A DNA stretch of 64,000 bases from Azolla caroliniana (taxonomy: Eukaryota; Plantae; Polypodiophyta). Both the position numbers and the translations under genes were made by a program. Below the pieces are notes generated by a model. That model had not been told where the DNA came from. It saw nothing but the letters and a program-made list of their open reading frames with translations, and did not search any database. Where the stretch lies: the NCBI GenBank assembly GCA_043228905.1, contig JBHGNT010000018.1, positions 16,864,001 to 16,928,000 of the forward strand. Reading direction: 5' to 3'. Below, piece by piece: positions 1-13,123 of this stretch (position 1 is its first letter; each line of letters opens with the position of its first letter).

Positions 1-73
1 TCCCTACCGACAAGGCTCTATGCGCAATAAGCCATAAACACATCATTATCTTGCGGTCATTACTGTGATGCCA
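1..73 (-). pseudogene. LINE ORF2 fragment, zf-RVT-like region (3'-most visible piece of the host LINE)
   Basis: Minus-strand translation WHHSNDRKIMMCLWLIAHRALSVG resembles the W..K...flW...h.aL motif of the zinc-binding region downstream of plant LINE RT; same strand as the other LINE pieces. Confidence 0.55.
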
Positions 74-471
74 TGTCATGGAATAGTAGAATAGAGTAGA
101 ACCAAGACGAGACTAAGAAGTAGGAGAGAGAAAAGAACAAGAACTTGACTTATGATTTCGTAACTAGTGTTGTTCACCTTGATTAGAATCAAGGTGCACT
201 TGAGTATTTATACAAGAAGATAGAGGTATGTATGTTAACTAGGATTAGAGAATGCATGTATGCAAGCTAGGAATAGAGAATGCATGAGGATGCATGCAAG
301 CTAGGAATTTCCAATGTTCAATCTACCATACATGAAGTTGGATTTTATACAAGGATACATAGATGGATGTAGCTAAGTTAGTAGCCTGGTTGCCCAATGG
401 AGACCAAGAGGTCTCAGGTTCAATCCCTACCTTCCACCATGGGGTTGCGAATGTCATAGATGTACATGACA
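74..471 (-). repeat. 3' LTR of chromovirus Ty3/gypsy element G1
   Basis: Bounded by 7-bp inverted termini TGTCATG...CATGACA; polypurine tract (minus strand AGGGGGAGGATAA) abuts at 472-484; homologous partial LTR at 30414-30728. Confidence 0.85.
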
Positions 472-2070
472 TTATCCTCCCCCTATGCTGCCTCTGAAGA
501 TCTACGGTCGGCTTCTGTGGGTACCGTTGATGAAAAGCTTGAATGGCCTTGGGAGTATTTTGTAAATGTGTAATCGGTTCCCACGTGGCATTCTAAATGG
601 GGTAACCTTTCCATAAGACCAAATATTGAAGTCGTCATCGCCGCAAGTGGGAATCGAGGATCTGGTCAACCTCATACTCCTCCCTTGTCGATAATTCCAC
701 GGGTGGTGGTGGAGGAGGTTGTCATCCCAGAATTCGAGATGGATGTTCCAGTTCGAGGAGAGAGACATGGAAAACATTGTGAATCTTGAATGTTGGAGGA
801 AGCTTTAAGATGAGTGCGACTAGGTTGATTCGCTCGATGAGATGAAAGGAGCCTACCTTTTTGTAGTCTAGCTTTGCATAGGGATGGGTGGTGGCGATCT
901 GGTGACGTAGCAACCAAACCATGTCACCGATTGCAAAGGTCGGCGTGGCCAAGCGATGACAGTTAGTGTGATCCTTATATTTTTTGCCAGCGATATGGAG
1001 CTCAAGGGAGAGGTCACGATGGACATCTTGTAAAGTGCGGGCATGCATCTCTGCCGAGGGATTGATGGAAATCGTAGGAATGGAAATGTTGAAACGAGGG
1101 TGCAACCCATAGTTTGCAAAGAATGGGGAAACCTTAGTTGAGGCATGATACTATTATTGTAGGCAAATTCCGCCATGGCAAGGAAGTCCACCCAATCCTC
1201 TTGTTGGTAGCATATTGTACACCTGAGGTATTGTATGAGGATTTGGTTGACTCTTTCAGCATGGCCATCAGTTTGAGGGTGGTACGTTTTTGACAAGTTC
1301 ACAAACGTCTTGAATGTTTGTAGAAGTCGTCGCCAGAAGTGGGAGATAAATTGAGGACCTCGATCAGAGGTTATATCCTTGGGTATGCCGTGTAGACGAA
1401 CGACATTTTTTAGAAAAGGATCTGCTGTCTCCTCTCCTGAAATGTCTTTTGAGCATGGGACAAAGTGAACCATCTTCGAAAACCGATCAACGATCACTAG
1501 CACCGTGTCATGGCCACCGACGCAAGGGAGGTCGGTTATAAAGTCCATCGAGAGAGAGGCCCAGGGTCGACTGGGAAGTGGACGCAGGTGGAGAAGGCGT
1601 ATGGACGATGGTGAGCTGCTTTGGAGCAAGCACAAACGTCACATGTCTTGATAAATTCTTTGACAAATTTCCAAGGTTGGGGCCACCAAAACCCCCGAGA
1701 TAGCAACTCCAATGTTTTCGTGACCCCAAAGTGGCCGACAAGAGGATCATCATGACAATTTTGTAGGACTTGAGTGGGACATGCTCTAGTTGGTACGTAA
1801 AGGAGGTGATTACGATAGAGTAGCCTATCTCAAGTTGTAAAGTGACTGAGAATCTGAGCTTTGCATTCCCTGGGATGGGTCGTTGATGCACGCCAGGATG
1901 TCGGTAGCAAATGGGTCTAACACGACGGCTTGGGCGATTTCGTTGAGAAAAGAATCATCATGGAACATGTAGGTTGCGAACATTTGGAGTTTATTGATTT
2001 GCAATAAACAATGTGATTGTTGAGAATATGCCTCGTCATCTGGGCATAGCGCAAAATCTAGTCATCGAGA
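472..2070 (-). pseudogene. G1 pol 3' part: integrase (H2C2, DDE core) plus chromodomain, degenerate
   Basis: PLPSRPWASLSMDFITDLP, SDRGPQF, YHPQTDG motifs; IHNVFHVSLL; chromodomain-like YLVLWKGYP..ATWEP at about 560-700; stops and frameshifts. Confidence 0.9.
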
Positions 2071-2617
2071 TGTTACCCGGACGGCAAAGGAGCTAAGGAC
2101 GACAAAGACCAGGGTGTGAAAAGGGGAATTGTTATTTAGGAATCTGTTGAAATTACTAGTCTTAATATATAGATTAATATATGAGAAGATGTGGACGGAC
2201 GGACCGGAATCGGTATGCCGATCCATATGTATTTTACCCATCCGGGTCTCGAACACTAGTACTAGCTTGCCGATTTTGAACATCTTTTCGTTTCCCTTCC
2301 GGTGCCGATCTACAAACGCTCTCCGTCGCCGTTGTTCCAAATCCAGGTGCATGATGCTCGCCAGTCAGTGTTCTTCTAGTTCACATAGAGCCTTTAACCG
2401 AATTGCCTCCGATTCCTTTTCATTGAGTCGTTCCCGAATCTGAATCCATAAGCTCGGTACCTGGAATTCGACCAGCATGACTGCCTCTAATCCGAATGCT
2501 AACCGGAACGACATTGTTCGGATGCTGGTTTTGTACGTTGTCTGGTAAGCCCAGAGCGCACTGTGCAGCTTTGTGTCCCAATCTGTCCGATTTTCATTGA
2601 CGATCTTGCGCAGGATA

Positions 2618-5600
2618 TGTTGGGATTACGGTCCCTTTCGGATGGGATGGTCGGATATCGGAGATGAATGCCGACAAGCCCGGTTTCGGTTTCGGAACCG
2701 GATGATGAAGACCCCGGCTTCGGAGCCGGATGACGAATGTACCCGGAGCGAGATCCGGATGCGGGGACATATCTGTGAATATGTTTGCCAAGGGCCCTTG
2801 AGGCTATAGTTGTAAATAGCCCCAAAGTCATATGTGTATAAATATGACTTAGGGCAAACAGTTTTGATATTGCTTATCATTTTTCTGTTTTTCCACTCAA
2901 GAGGAGTGAAGAGAGAGTAGCCGCGAGAGAGATAGAGCATGAGAGAGGAAGAGGTCGACGCCTCTGTGTATTTCCGCCGCCTGTGGTGAAGACAGCGTGC
3001 TCAAGGTCGTCGCCTTGCAGCTCGCCATTGTATATTTCTCTGTGCATAGTTTTGGTTTGGAGTCTTGTACTCCCGTGGTTTTTCCCGTACAGGGTTTTCC
3101 ACGTTAAATCGTGTGTCCACTCTATTTCTCGCATTTCCCATTTTCTGCAACAACGATTCCTGTGTTTCCTTGGCTGTGGCCGAGAGGTGAAGTTTGGAAA
3201 GTGTCGATTAATTTTCCATCAATTTGGTATCAGAGCGAGCTGCTGCAGAAAATGGAAGGCGGCGGCAACGGGCAGCCGGGGATGATGGTGCTGAATGCGC
3301 AGAATTACGCCGACTGGAAGATCAAGATGGAGGATCTTCTGATTGTTCGGGACCTGTACGAACCGATTGACAGGTCGGAAATACCGAAGGGAGTACTTGA
3401 GTCGGAATGGAGGCTTCTGAACCGGAAAGCCGTTGCAACCATTCGGCAATACGTCGACGTGAGCGTTCTACAACATGTGGCGAACGACACCAACGCATAT
3501 GAGATGTGGCGGAAGCTGTCGGGCCTCTACGAGAGGAAGAATGCGTTGAACCGGACCTCCCTGATGAGGAAGATAGTGAACCTCAAGTACCGGGACGGCG
3601 AGAGTATGGTGGAACACGTAAGCACGTTCATGGGATTCGTGAACCAGCTTGCGGCGATCAAGTTCCCGTTGGAGGATGCAATGCAAGCCATCATCCTGAT
3701 GTGTACATTGCCGGAAAGCTGGGAGAACTTGGTGGTGACTCTCAGCACCTCCTGCACGGAAGATAACTTGTTCCTACAAACGGTAAAGACAAGTATTTTG
3801 AACGAAGAAGCGCGTCGGAGAGATAAAGAACCGGCCTCCGACTTGAAGGCGCTGCTTACCGAATCGGAACGGGGAAGACAATGGAACCGGAGTCCGCAAA
3901 GACGGGAGAAGTCGGGGACCCGGTCGCAGTCAAGAGGAAGACCCACATGCTTCCACTGTGGGAAGCTGGGGCACTTCCGGAAGAATTGTCGGCATTACCG
4001 AAAGGACAACGGAGCCGACGACACCGATTCGAAGAAGTCACCGGAGAGAAACGGTGCATACCGGGGAGCCACGGACCGGAGAGGTTCGGATCGGCGAGGG
4101 CAGGACCGGAAAGGAACGACGGCACTCGCGGCAAGTGAGGAAGAAATCATGCTCATCACCGAAGAAGGTGAACTAAACATTGCCGGCGATGAGACGACCT
4201 GGGTGGTCGATTCTGGAGCGTCGTTCCACCTGACCCCGGAGAGAAGATACTTCTCATCCTACACAGCCGGTGAACATGGCTGTGTTCGGATGGGAAATGA
4301 AGGTACGTGCCGGATTGCCGGCATAGGAGACGTGTGGTTGACAACCCCGACCGGATGCAAAATGCTGTTGAAGGATGTCCGACACGTTCCGGAGGTTCGA
4401 TTGAACCTGATTTCGGCCGGGAGGCTAGACGATGAAGGCTACACAGGTAGCATCCGGAACGGCGTAATGAAGTTCAGCAAGGGGATCCTGATAGTGGCTC
4501 GGGCCCGGAAAGTCAACACACTGTACCTTATGAATGCCTGGTTGTGTCCGGAAGAGTTGAACGTGGCAGCCGACACTGCCGGTGAGCTGTGGCACAAGAG
4601 ACTGTGCCACATGAGTGAGAAGGGGATGAAGAGGCTTGCAGAAGACAACCTTATTCCAGTGAAGCACGTGCACCTGGAGAAGTGCACCGATTGCCTGGCT
4701 GGTAAGCAGAACCGAGCCTCCTTCCACTCAAGGCCACCGACGAGACGTAGTGTACCATTCGAGTTGGTACACACTGATGTGTGTCAGGTAGAAACGAAGT
4801 CACATGGCGGAGCCCAGTACTTCGTAACATTCATTGATGATCACAGCCGGAAGCTGTGGACGGCACCGTTGAAGACAAAGGACCAAGTGTTGTGCGTCTT
4901 CAAAGAACTCCACGCGAGAGTGGAAAGGGAATCCGGCAAGAAGCTGAAAGCGATACGAGCGGATAATGGAGGGGAATACCGGGGGCAGTTCGCGGAGTAC
5001 TGTCGCTCGAAGGGAATCCGGCTCGAGTTTACTGTGCCGAAGACGCCGGAACTGAACGGGCTGGCCGAGAGGATGAACCGGACCATAATGGAGAGGGTCC
5101 AGAGTATGCTGGCGCATGCGGAATTACCCAAGGGGTTTTGGGCTGAGGCGATGTCGACGGCGACATACGTGATAAATAGATCACCCTCAGTACCTTTGGA
5201 CGGAGACACGCCGCAGAGAGTGTGGACCGGTAGGGAAGTATCTTACCGGCATCTGAAGGTGTTCGGGTGTCTCGCATACGTGCATGTGGCAAAGGACCGG
5301 AGAGAAAAGCTAGATCCAAAGACCCGGCCATGCATATTCCTCGGTTACGGCGATGACGAGTTCGGCTACCGAGTATGGGACCCGGTCGACAAGAAGATAT
5401 TCCGGAGTCGTGATATCATCTTCATGGAGGACAAGACACTCGCCGACTGGGAGTCGGAGAAGAAGATGAAGAGCTCCAAGTCGGCCGGTGAGGATCAACT
5501 CTACGAGGAGCAGTCCCGACCGGCAAGGGACCGGTTAGCACTCGAGGATCCGGCCGAAGACGGTGAAGAAACAGAACCGGCCGAAGAAGCTGAAAATGAT

Positions 5601-7939
5601 ACCGGAACCGGCCCCGATCCCGAAATGGATTCGGATGAAGAAGAATCGAAAGAACCGGTTACCGAAGCTCCGGAACGGAGATATCCTCTAAGAGAGAGAA
5701 GGCCCCCCCGGAGATTTCCGGAACCAGAGCACGTGCTACTAACCGACGAGGGGGAGCCGGAGAGCTTTGAAGAAGCAAAGCATGACACCCAGAGCCGCAG
5801 GTGGCTGAGTGCCATGCAGGACGAGATGGATTCCCTGCATGCGAACCACACATATGAACTTGTGGAGTTGCCGAAAGGAAAGCGGGCACTTCGAAACAAG
5901 TGGGTGTTCAAGCTGAAACCGGGAGATGCCGGAAACCCCCCGAGATACAAAGCCAGGATCGTGGTGAAGGGGTTTCAGCAGAAGAAGGGCGTCGACTTCG
6001 ACGAGATATTTGCCCCGGTAGTGAAGATGACCTCCATCCGGACGGTGCTGAGCATAGCGGCAAGCATGGACCTCGAGGTAGAACAGATGGACGTGAAGAC
6101 GGCATTCCTTCACGGTGACCTCGAAGAAGAGATCTACATGCAGCAACCGGAAGGATTCGAGAAGAAAGGGAAGGAGCACCTGGTATGCCGGTTGAAGAAG
6201 AGCCTCTACGGACTGAAGCAGGCTCCCCGGCAATGGTACCGGAAGTTCGACTCCTTCATGACCGACGAAGGGTACCTCAAAATGCAGTCCGACCACTGCG
6301 TGTTTGTGAAGAAGTTCGAAGGAGGAGACTTTCTAATACTCCTCCTGTACGTGGACGACATGTTGATCGTCGGACGGGACCAGGTCAAGATACGGATGCT
6401 GAAGAAGGCTCTTCACCGAACCTTCTCAATGAAGGACTTGGGTCCGGCGAGACAAATACTAGGGATGCACATCATCCGAGACCGGAGCAAGAAGCAATTG
6501 TGGCTGTCACAGGAGAAGTACGTGACAAAGGTGCTTAAACGGTTCAACATGTCGGAAGCAAGGCCGGTCGGATCGACCCTCCCGGCAAACTGCAAGCTGT
6601 CTAACAAGCAAAGTCCCAAGACAAAGGCTGAAAAGGAGGATATGATGAAAGTGCCGTATGCCTCAGCCGTCGGGAGCTTGATGTACGCCATGGTGTGTAC
6701 GAGACCGGACATAGGATATGCAGTCGGAGTGGTGAGCCGGTACATGAGCAATCCCGGCAAAGAGCATTGGAACGCGGCCAAGTGGATACTCCGATACCTG
6801 AAGGGCACGGCAAACGTGTGCCTCCGATTCGGCTCCGGTAAGCCCGAACTCGACGGCTTCACCGATTCGGATATGTCGGCTGATGCAGATACCAGCCGGT
6901 CCACATCAGGGTATGTGATGACGTATGCAGGGGGAGCTGTTTCATGGCAGTCGAGGCTGTAGAAGACGGTTGCGTTGTCAACCACGGAGGCGGAGTACAT
7001 GGCGGCTGTTGAAGCCGGCAAGGAAATAATATGGATGAAGGACTTCATTAGAGAGCTCGGTATCCGACAGGAGGAGTACCGACTCTACTGCGACAGTCAG
7101 AGTGCAATCCACCTTGCGAAGAACGCGGCCTATCACTCCCGGACGAAGCACATCCAGCGAAGATATCACTGGATCCGGGAAAGGATAGAAGACAAGGAGT
7201 TCGTGCTGACGAAGATCCACACGGACGAGAACGGGTCGGATATGCTGACCAAGGTGCTCACACCCGACAAGCTGGAAGCATGCCGGAAGAGGATCGGATT
7301 GGAGAGACATCCCATGCCGAAGTGAAGGGGGAGTTTGTTGGGATTACGGTTCCTTTCGGATGGGATGGTCGGATATCGGAGATGAATGCCGACAAGCCCG
7401 GTTTCGGTTTCGGAACCGGATGATGAAGACCCCGGCTTCGGAGCCGGATGACGAATGTACCCGGAGCGAGATCCGGATGCGGGGACATATCTGTGAATAT
7501 GTTTGCCAAGGGCCCTTGAGGCTATAGTTGTAAATAGCCCCAAAGTCATATGTGTATAAATATGACTTAGGGCAAACAGTTTTGATATTGCTTATCATTT
7601 TTCTGTTTTTCCACTCAAGAGGAGTGAAGAGAGAGTAGCCGCGAGAGAGATAGAGCGTGAGAGAGGAAGAGGTCGACGCCTCTGTGTATTTCCGCCGCCT
7701 GTGGTGAAGACAGCGTGCTCAAGGTCGTCGCCTTGCAGCTCGCCATTGTATATTTCTCTGTGCATAGTTTTGGTTTGGAGTCTTGTACTCCCGTGGTTTT
7801 TCCCGTACAGGGTTTTCCACGTTAAATCGTGTGTCCACTCTATTTCTCGCATTTCCCATTTTCTGCAACAACGATTCGTGTGTTTCCTTGGCTGTGGCCG
7901 AGAGGTGAAGTTTGGAAAGTGTCGATTAATTTTCCATCA
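2618..7939 (+). mobile_element. Ty1/copia LTR retrotransposon A, complete, young
   Basis: 604-bp TG...CA LTRs 2618-3221 and 7336-7939 (about 3 substitutions seen); TSD GGATA; tRNA-iMet PBS TGGTATCAGAGC 3225-3236; PPT GAAGGGGGAG before 7336. Confidence 0.97.
3252..7325 (+). pseudogene. Copia A gag-PR-INT-RT-RH polyprotein with one premature stop
   Basis: CFHCGKLGHFRKNC knuckle, WVVDSGAS, rve, LYVDDM, RNase H; TAG at 6960-6962 where the paralogue F has Gln; frame continues to 7325. Confidence 0.95.
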
Positions 7940-9106
7940 GGATATTCTATAGCGTTTTGTTTGTTGACTCAGCTAATCCGTTGGCTTGTGGGTAGTACGG
8001 GGTGCTCCGTTTATGTACTACCAGATAGAATGACGTCAAGCTCTCCACTACATGTCCAAGAAAGTGCCCTCCTTGGTCTCTTATCAGCTCTATGGGGCAT
8101 TCGTACCGGAACCAAATGTATTCGTATAAGAATTTTGCCGTCAATCGTCGCGGTGTTGTCTCATAGGGCTTTGGCTTCCACCCATTTAGTGCAATAGTCC
8201 GTCGCGACGATCACATACCGGTTGCCAGTTCTCATTGCCGGTGGTTTAAATGGTCCAACAAAATCCAGTCCCCATTTCTGAAATGGTTCTAGCAGTAGTA
8301 CTGGCTGGTGCGGCATCCTAGCTTGTTTCGTTGGCTAGCTCATTCGCTAGCATAGATCACTCTTTCGCATACTGGACTGCGTCTTTCAATGTAGTCGGCC
8401 ACCATAGGCCACTTTTCCATATCTTCCTTGCCGTAGCATCCCCGGCATAATGGCCTCCCGCGACTCCGCAGTGTGCTTCCCGTAATATTACCTCTTTCTC
8501 GTCACTGCGCACCACTCGTCGCCATATACCATCCGCACCTTTGTGGTATAGCGTGTCCCGTAATAAACAAAAGTGTCGGCTTTGTACCGCCAGGTGTTTC
8601 CTTTCGTCCCGGTTCATCTCCTCCGGAGGCAATCCGGTACTCAGAAATTGGTGCATATTTGTTAGCCACTTATCTTCTGGTGCCACCGTTTCATCTGTTG
8701 CCCTTTCCGCGGTGACTCGAAATAGCTCAGCATCCGGAAACTTGTCCGGTACGATCCCGAATAGGTGCCGGTTGGCACCGTTTTGTACTTCGCACCGGTG
8801 ACCTATATAAAGGCCCAGTTATAATGTAGTCATTAACGGAGAGTAATATAAACCTTTTGTCTAATCATTGAGTATTGTTCACCATTCTGTGCTTATTGTA
8901 TATCTTACGCGTGTTAATGATGTATTGCTAAGTAACCGATTAAGGTCCAATTAAGCGTTGTGTTGTAAGTTATCTCGCCGTAACACCCTTTGGTGAAGTG
9001 TCTTAAGTGGACACCTTGTGTTAGGCTGTTGTCCGGCCCTAAGGATTAACACAGTTTTTGGCGACCATGATTCCTGCATAATCACAGTGAACAGCGGCAG
9101 GAATGG

Positions 9107-10107
9107 ATGACTAGGCCAATAGACGACCCGGTTACGGAGAGAGCACGAAGACTTGCTAAACGGCGAAGGCGGCGAGAGGCTTTCCAGCAAGCGGCAGAAG
9201 AAATCCGATCGGATCGATCATTTTCCAAAGTGATCCGGAAAGTGGCGGAGGAGTCGCTCCGTCTGCAACAAAATGCCTACCCGGACGAAGGAAGCAGCTT
9301 AAGCAGTCTCCGGGAAGCGGAATCCCTTCTCCAGGCCTTGGACGGAAGAGACGGAGAATCCAAAGCATTTTCGGCGCTGGAATCGGATTCGGAAGGGGGT
9401 TACAGCGCGCACATGAACTATCACAGCAGTAACGACACCCTAGGAGGACTAGAGGACGAGGAGTCGGATACATTACCGACACCGAAACCAGAATTGTCAG
9501 ACCGAGAACCCCCGGCACTAGACGTGGAGTAACCTCCGGAGACGGAAGAGGACAAAGAAAGACCTCCGACATTGGAAGTCGAGCTGGCAACATTGAAGGA
9601 GGACCGGCAAAGACCTCCGACAGAGGACCAACCATGACCTCCGACGCCGACGGAAGAGCAGGAAAGACCACCGACACTGCCAGCCCGCACACCGACACCA
9701 GACGATGACATGTTGTTCCAGTACCCCAAGTATAGGGATGACCCGGACGTGGAGGCTCATGTTCACGCGTTTCAACAAACATGGGAGGTGAACCATGTGT
9801 CACAACGGTTAACCACGGCTGAAGAGGAACGATCTAAGATAGCCGAATTCGGCGTGACATTGGAAGGACCGGCCGCCAGATGGCACCGGACGCAGGACCC
9901 CAGCACCATCACCACCTTTGCAGACCTGAAAGCTAAATTCTTGCACTTCTTTCAGAAGGAGGTGGACCAGAGAGAAATGGTGGGCCTATTTTATACCATC
10001 CGGTAGGACCCTGGGGAGAGCATTCCGTAGTTGGTCATCTGGTTTCAACGAATGCACAGTCAGCTTACCCGAAAACCTCCGGAGGAAGAAACACGGGCTA
10101 TATTCTT
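9107..10107 (+). pseudogene. B1 gag (retrotransposon gag-like), degenerate and truncated
   Basis: Follows the PBS; FGVTLEGPAARW..TFADLKAKFL gag motif; in-frame stops. Confidence 0.75.
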
Positions 10108-13100
10108 TGTTAATCCTAGGGACGGACAACAGCCTAAGACAGGGTGTGCACTTAGGACACTTCACCAAAGGGTGTTACGGCAGGATTACTTACGACACAA
10201 AGTTCAATTAGACCTTAATCGATTACTTAGCAACACATCATTAACACGCGTAAGTTATAACAATGAGTACAGAACGGTAATTAATACTGAAAGATTAAGG
10301 CAATAAGTTCTATTAATTATCCGTTGTCGATTACATTGTAACCAGGCCTTTATATAGGTCTCCGGTGCGAAGTACAAAACGGTGCCAACCGGCACCTTTT
10401 TGGGATCGGTCCGGATCCGAATCAGCATATCGATTGCGGTCCGTCCGTCCACATCTTCTCATATATATTAAGACTACTAATTACAACAGTTCCCGAATAA
10501 ACTATCCCTTTCATAGTCTGGTCTGGACCTTCTTAAGCCTTCTTGCCGGCCGGGTAACACATGGCACGCCCGTGGGACAATATCTTGTACGTCGAACCCA
10601 TTATCCGGCCCTTTTACGCTTCGTCCAAAATGTCTAGAATGCTGTGCTCCAGAATTTCCAATGGCTCGTCGGGAATCTGTTGTGGTTGTTGTTCCGTTTG
10701 TGGCTATGGCTGCTTCGTTTATGCGTTCTCCATTTGGGGTGCGGCTCTGTTTGTCGCACTGGCACCGTCATTTCCTTCGTTGGTTCCTTCGTCGGAGTTG
10801 TCTGTGGCTGACTGACCCCGGCCTAGTCCCCGTCTGGTCCTTGTATCGGCGATGGTTCCTCATCACTAAGGTTGACCGTTGCTGCCTTCCTCGGTTTTTC
10901 TTCCCGAAGCCGGGACCGCTCATAGCTCTCAAACTGGATTTGAGCCTCTAGCCGATCGTCGTCCAGTTGACCTAGGAGCTGCCGGACCTGCAACAATTGT
11001 TCATCCGCCAAGGCTGTGAAATCTTCGGCCAGCTCATCCCTTATGGCGGTGAAGTCCTCCGATGTCAGCGTATAACAGTCGTCACCCTCCTTCCGCCGGT
11101 TTTCCACGTCCGCCCTGAGCAATTCGAGTTCCGTCGTATTCTGTGCCCATTTCGTCCACCATCGCACAGAGCTCTCATCAATAAAGCTTTTGGTCTTGGT
11201 GAGCCATGACTGGAGGATGCACTGGATCCGTTCAGTTCCCATCCGTGATTTGTTCTTTGTGGCTTGTCGCTCCTCTTTCAATTGCTTGATGATTCGGACC
11301 GTGTCCGCCTCCTGCTCCCTATAATGCGATAATTGACTTTGATAGGTTGTTTGCAACCTCTGTAACACCAATGTCGCCCTTTCCTTTTCTTCATGGTTCT
11401 GCTTGTGGAGCTCCATCCGGTCCATCACCGCTTCCTCCAATAGCTTGGAACTCTCAACTCGTTCGTCGGCGAGTGCCGTTGTGGCCCTATCAACATCTTG
11501 CTGGAGCTCGGCCATCCGTTCCTGCTGTTGAATATACTCCATCTCCAACTACTTGTAGTCCCGGTGCAGATGATCAAAATCATCGGTCTTCTGCTTCAAC
11601 CTCTGGTTGATCTGCCTACGCGCGTGGTCCTCCCAGTCCTTCTGTTGACGGAGTTCTTCCTTCAGCCTTTCAATTTTTGTCTCCACCATCCGTCGCAACT
11701 TGTCTTTCTCCTGCAACAATTTCTCTTTTTCCTGCTTTAGCCGGCCGTACGCGTGATGTCCTTTAAGCAGGTTTTCCTCTGCCCGGCGGAGGTTCTCAGC
11801 AGTCTTCTTTAATTCTTCTTCGGCCGCCTTCTTCAAGTCGCGTTCACGGCTCCGTAATGCTTCTTGTGCGGCAAGTTCGTCTCGTAATTCCGCAAGCTCT
11901 TGGGCTTGCGCTGCATCTTTCTCCGGGACAGTTTCCGTCTCCAGGGTCTTATTCATATGTACATCAACCGGAGTCACCGGTGCTTGGTTCTGCGTTACCG
12001 TTAAGGCCATTTTGGCCATGTCTTCGGTAATCCGATCCAAGTCTTGTTCGAGGCTCCGGATCCTTGACCGGGCCGTCTCCAGTTCATCGGTTGTGACGAG
12101 CAACCGTTCCGTTTGCGCTCTTTCTTCCGCCTCTATGCATCCGACTACTCCGGCAATTTGTTCTCCTATCCACCGGAGCCATTGGCTGCCGGTGCACTGT
12201 TGTTGCGTCTGCACGGCGGGTTGGCTGATGGGTTCACTTGCCGGTGGCTGGTCCCGCCTTACTGCGTCGAGCTGCACTTCTGGTTTTGCCTACTGACCAC
12301 TTTGCCGTTGTGGCTCTTGGTGTGTTTCGGCTAGCCGCCGCTTGTCTGCTTGTTCTTAGCTGGTTGAGGAGGTTGGCCTTTGTATAACCGGCTCTTGAGT
12401 TACGGGGCTTGCCGGTGCTGCCTGTTGTGCAGGGACTTCTGTTACTGGTTCCATCCGAACTGGTTCCGGTGCCTCCCTTGGCGTGGGATGCTCAGTATGA
12501 GTTCTGGGCGTTCCAGCCTTCTGTGGGTCCGAACGCTTCCCGACTGATTCAACGGTGCTCTTCATCGGCTGCCGCTGGAGGTGCTCCGTAGGTTCTTCCT
12601 CCATTTCCTCTGCTTGAGTCCCGGCATTCATTCTTGCCGCAAGGGTGTCCGTTTCTTGTTGCACCGGTCGGTGGACTGGGCTCCTCAGGGGCCGTGCCGG
12701 TGTCTCCTCGTGTGTGTCCGTCGGCCGCTTCCGGCTGGCGTGCTCCTTTGCCGCCTTCTCTGCGTCGGCCGTCTTCCCCTTAGTGGCCTTGGAGGCCAAC
12801 AATTGTTGCCGTTTCGAAGCAGGTTTCGAGGTGTCGTCTGTTGCTCTTCCCCGCTTCTTGGTCTGGACGGACTCGACGGTGGCGCCAATAGTGTGAGCCA
12901 TTGCGTCACCGCATGCCATATTTTCCGGCCTTCCTTGTCATCCTTTCCTCTTACGATATCAAGAGCCGTACACAACCCGTCGGCGATCAACACCGGCCAA
13001 TCCACCTTGACCCCTTTGTACGTCGCTATAATCAAGCCTGCTCGGTTCTGAGGCATAACGGGGGGTCGAGGGTATACGTGGCCGAGTCGAGGGTATACGT

Positions 13101-13123
13101 GGCCGAACTTATGGAGTACACGG
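10108..13123 (-). mobile_element. Truncated B-family element B2 in opposite orientation: 3' LTR (10108-10559) plus 3' extra ORF
   Basis: 10108-10559 is the reverse complement of a B-type LTR (TGTTAC...GGATTAACA); the same CACGGGCRTGCCATG flank precedes it as precedes 29773; 10600-12100 is homologous to 28190-29720. Confidence 0.85.
10600..13100 (-). pseudogene. B-family 3' extra ORF: low-complexity plus long coiled-coil protein
   Basis: Chained frames 12685-13100, 12356-12919, 11549-12277 and 10823-11548; E/K/R/Q heptad-rich; homologue at 28190-29720. Confidence 0.7.

Larger units (their letters stand above)
2225..8751 (-). pseudogene. Inverted ~1.2-kb B-family integrase fragment inside the B1 5' LTR (itself split by copia A)
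   Basis: Minus-strand frames FPDAELF, REAHCGVAGGHYAG..WWPT, RDQGGHF, STPYYPQANGLAE, homologous to 26405-27540 (+). Confidence 0.85.

Noticed and set aside
6960-6975. Programmed stop-codon readthrough in copia A
   Set aside because: Paralogues E and F have Gln at this position; it is a simple C-to-T mutation.
3219-7048. Numerous antisense and alternative-frame ORFs over copia and gypsy pol and the LTRs
   Set aside because: Shadow ORFs of GC-rich coding sequence with no recognisable motifs.
13065-13106. 21-bp perfect direct repeat next to the C' boundary as a TSD
   Set aside because: The copies are adjacent, so this is a local tandem duplication rather than a flank of an insertion.
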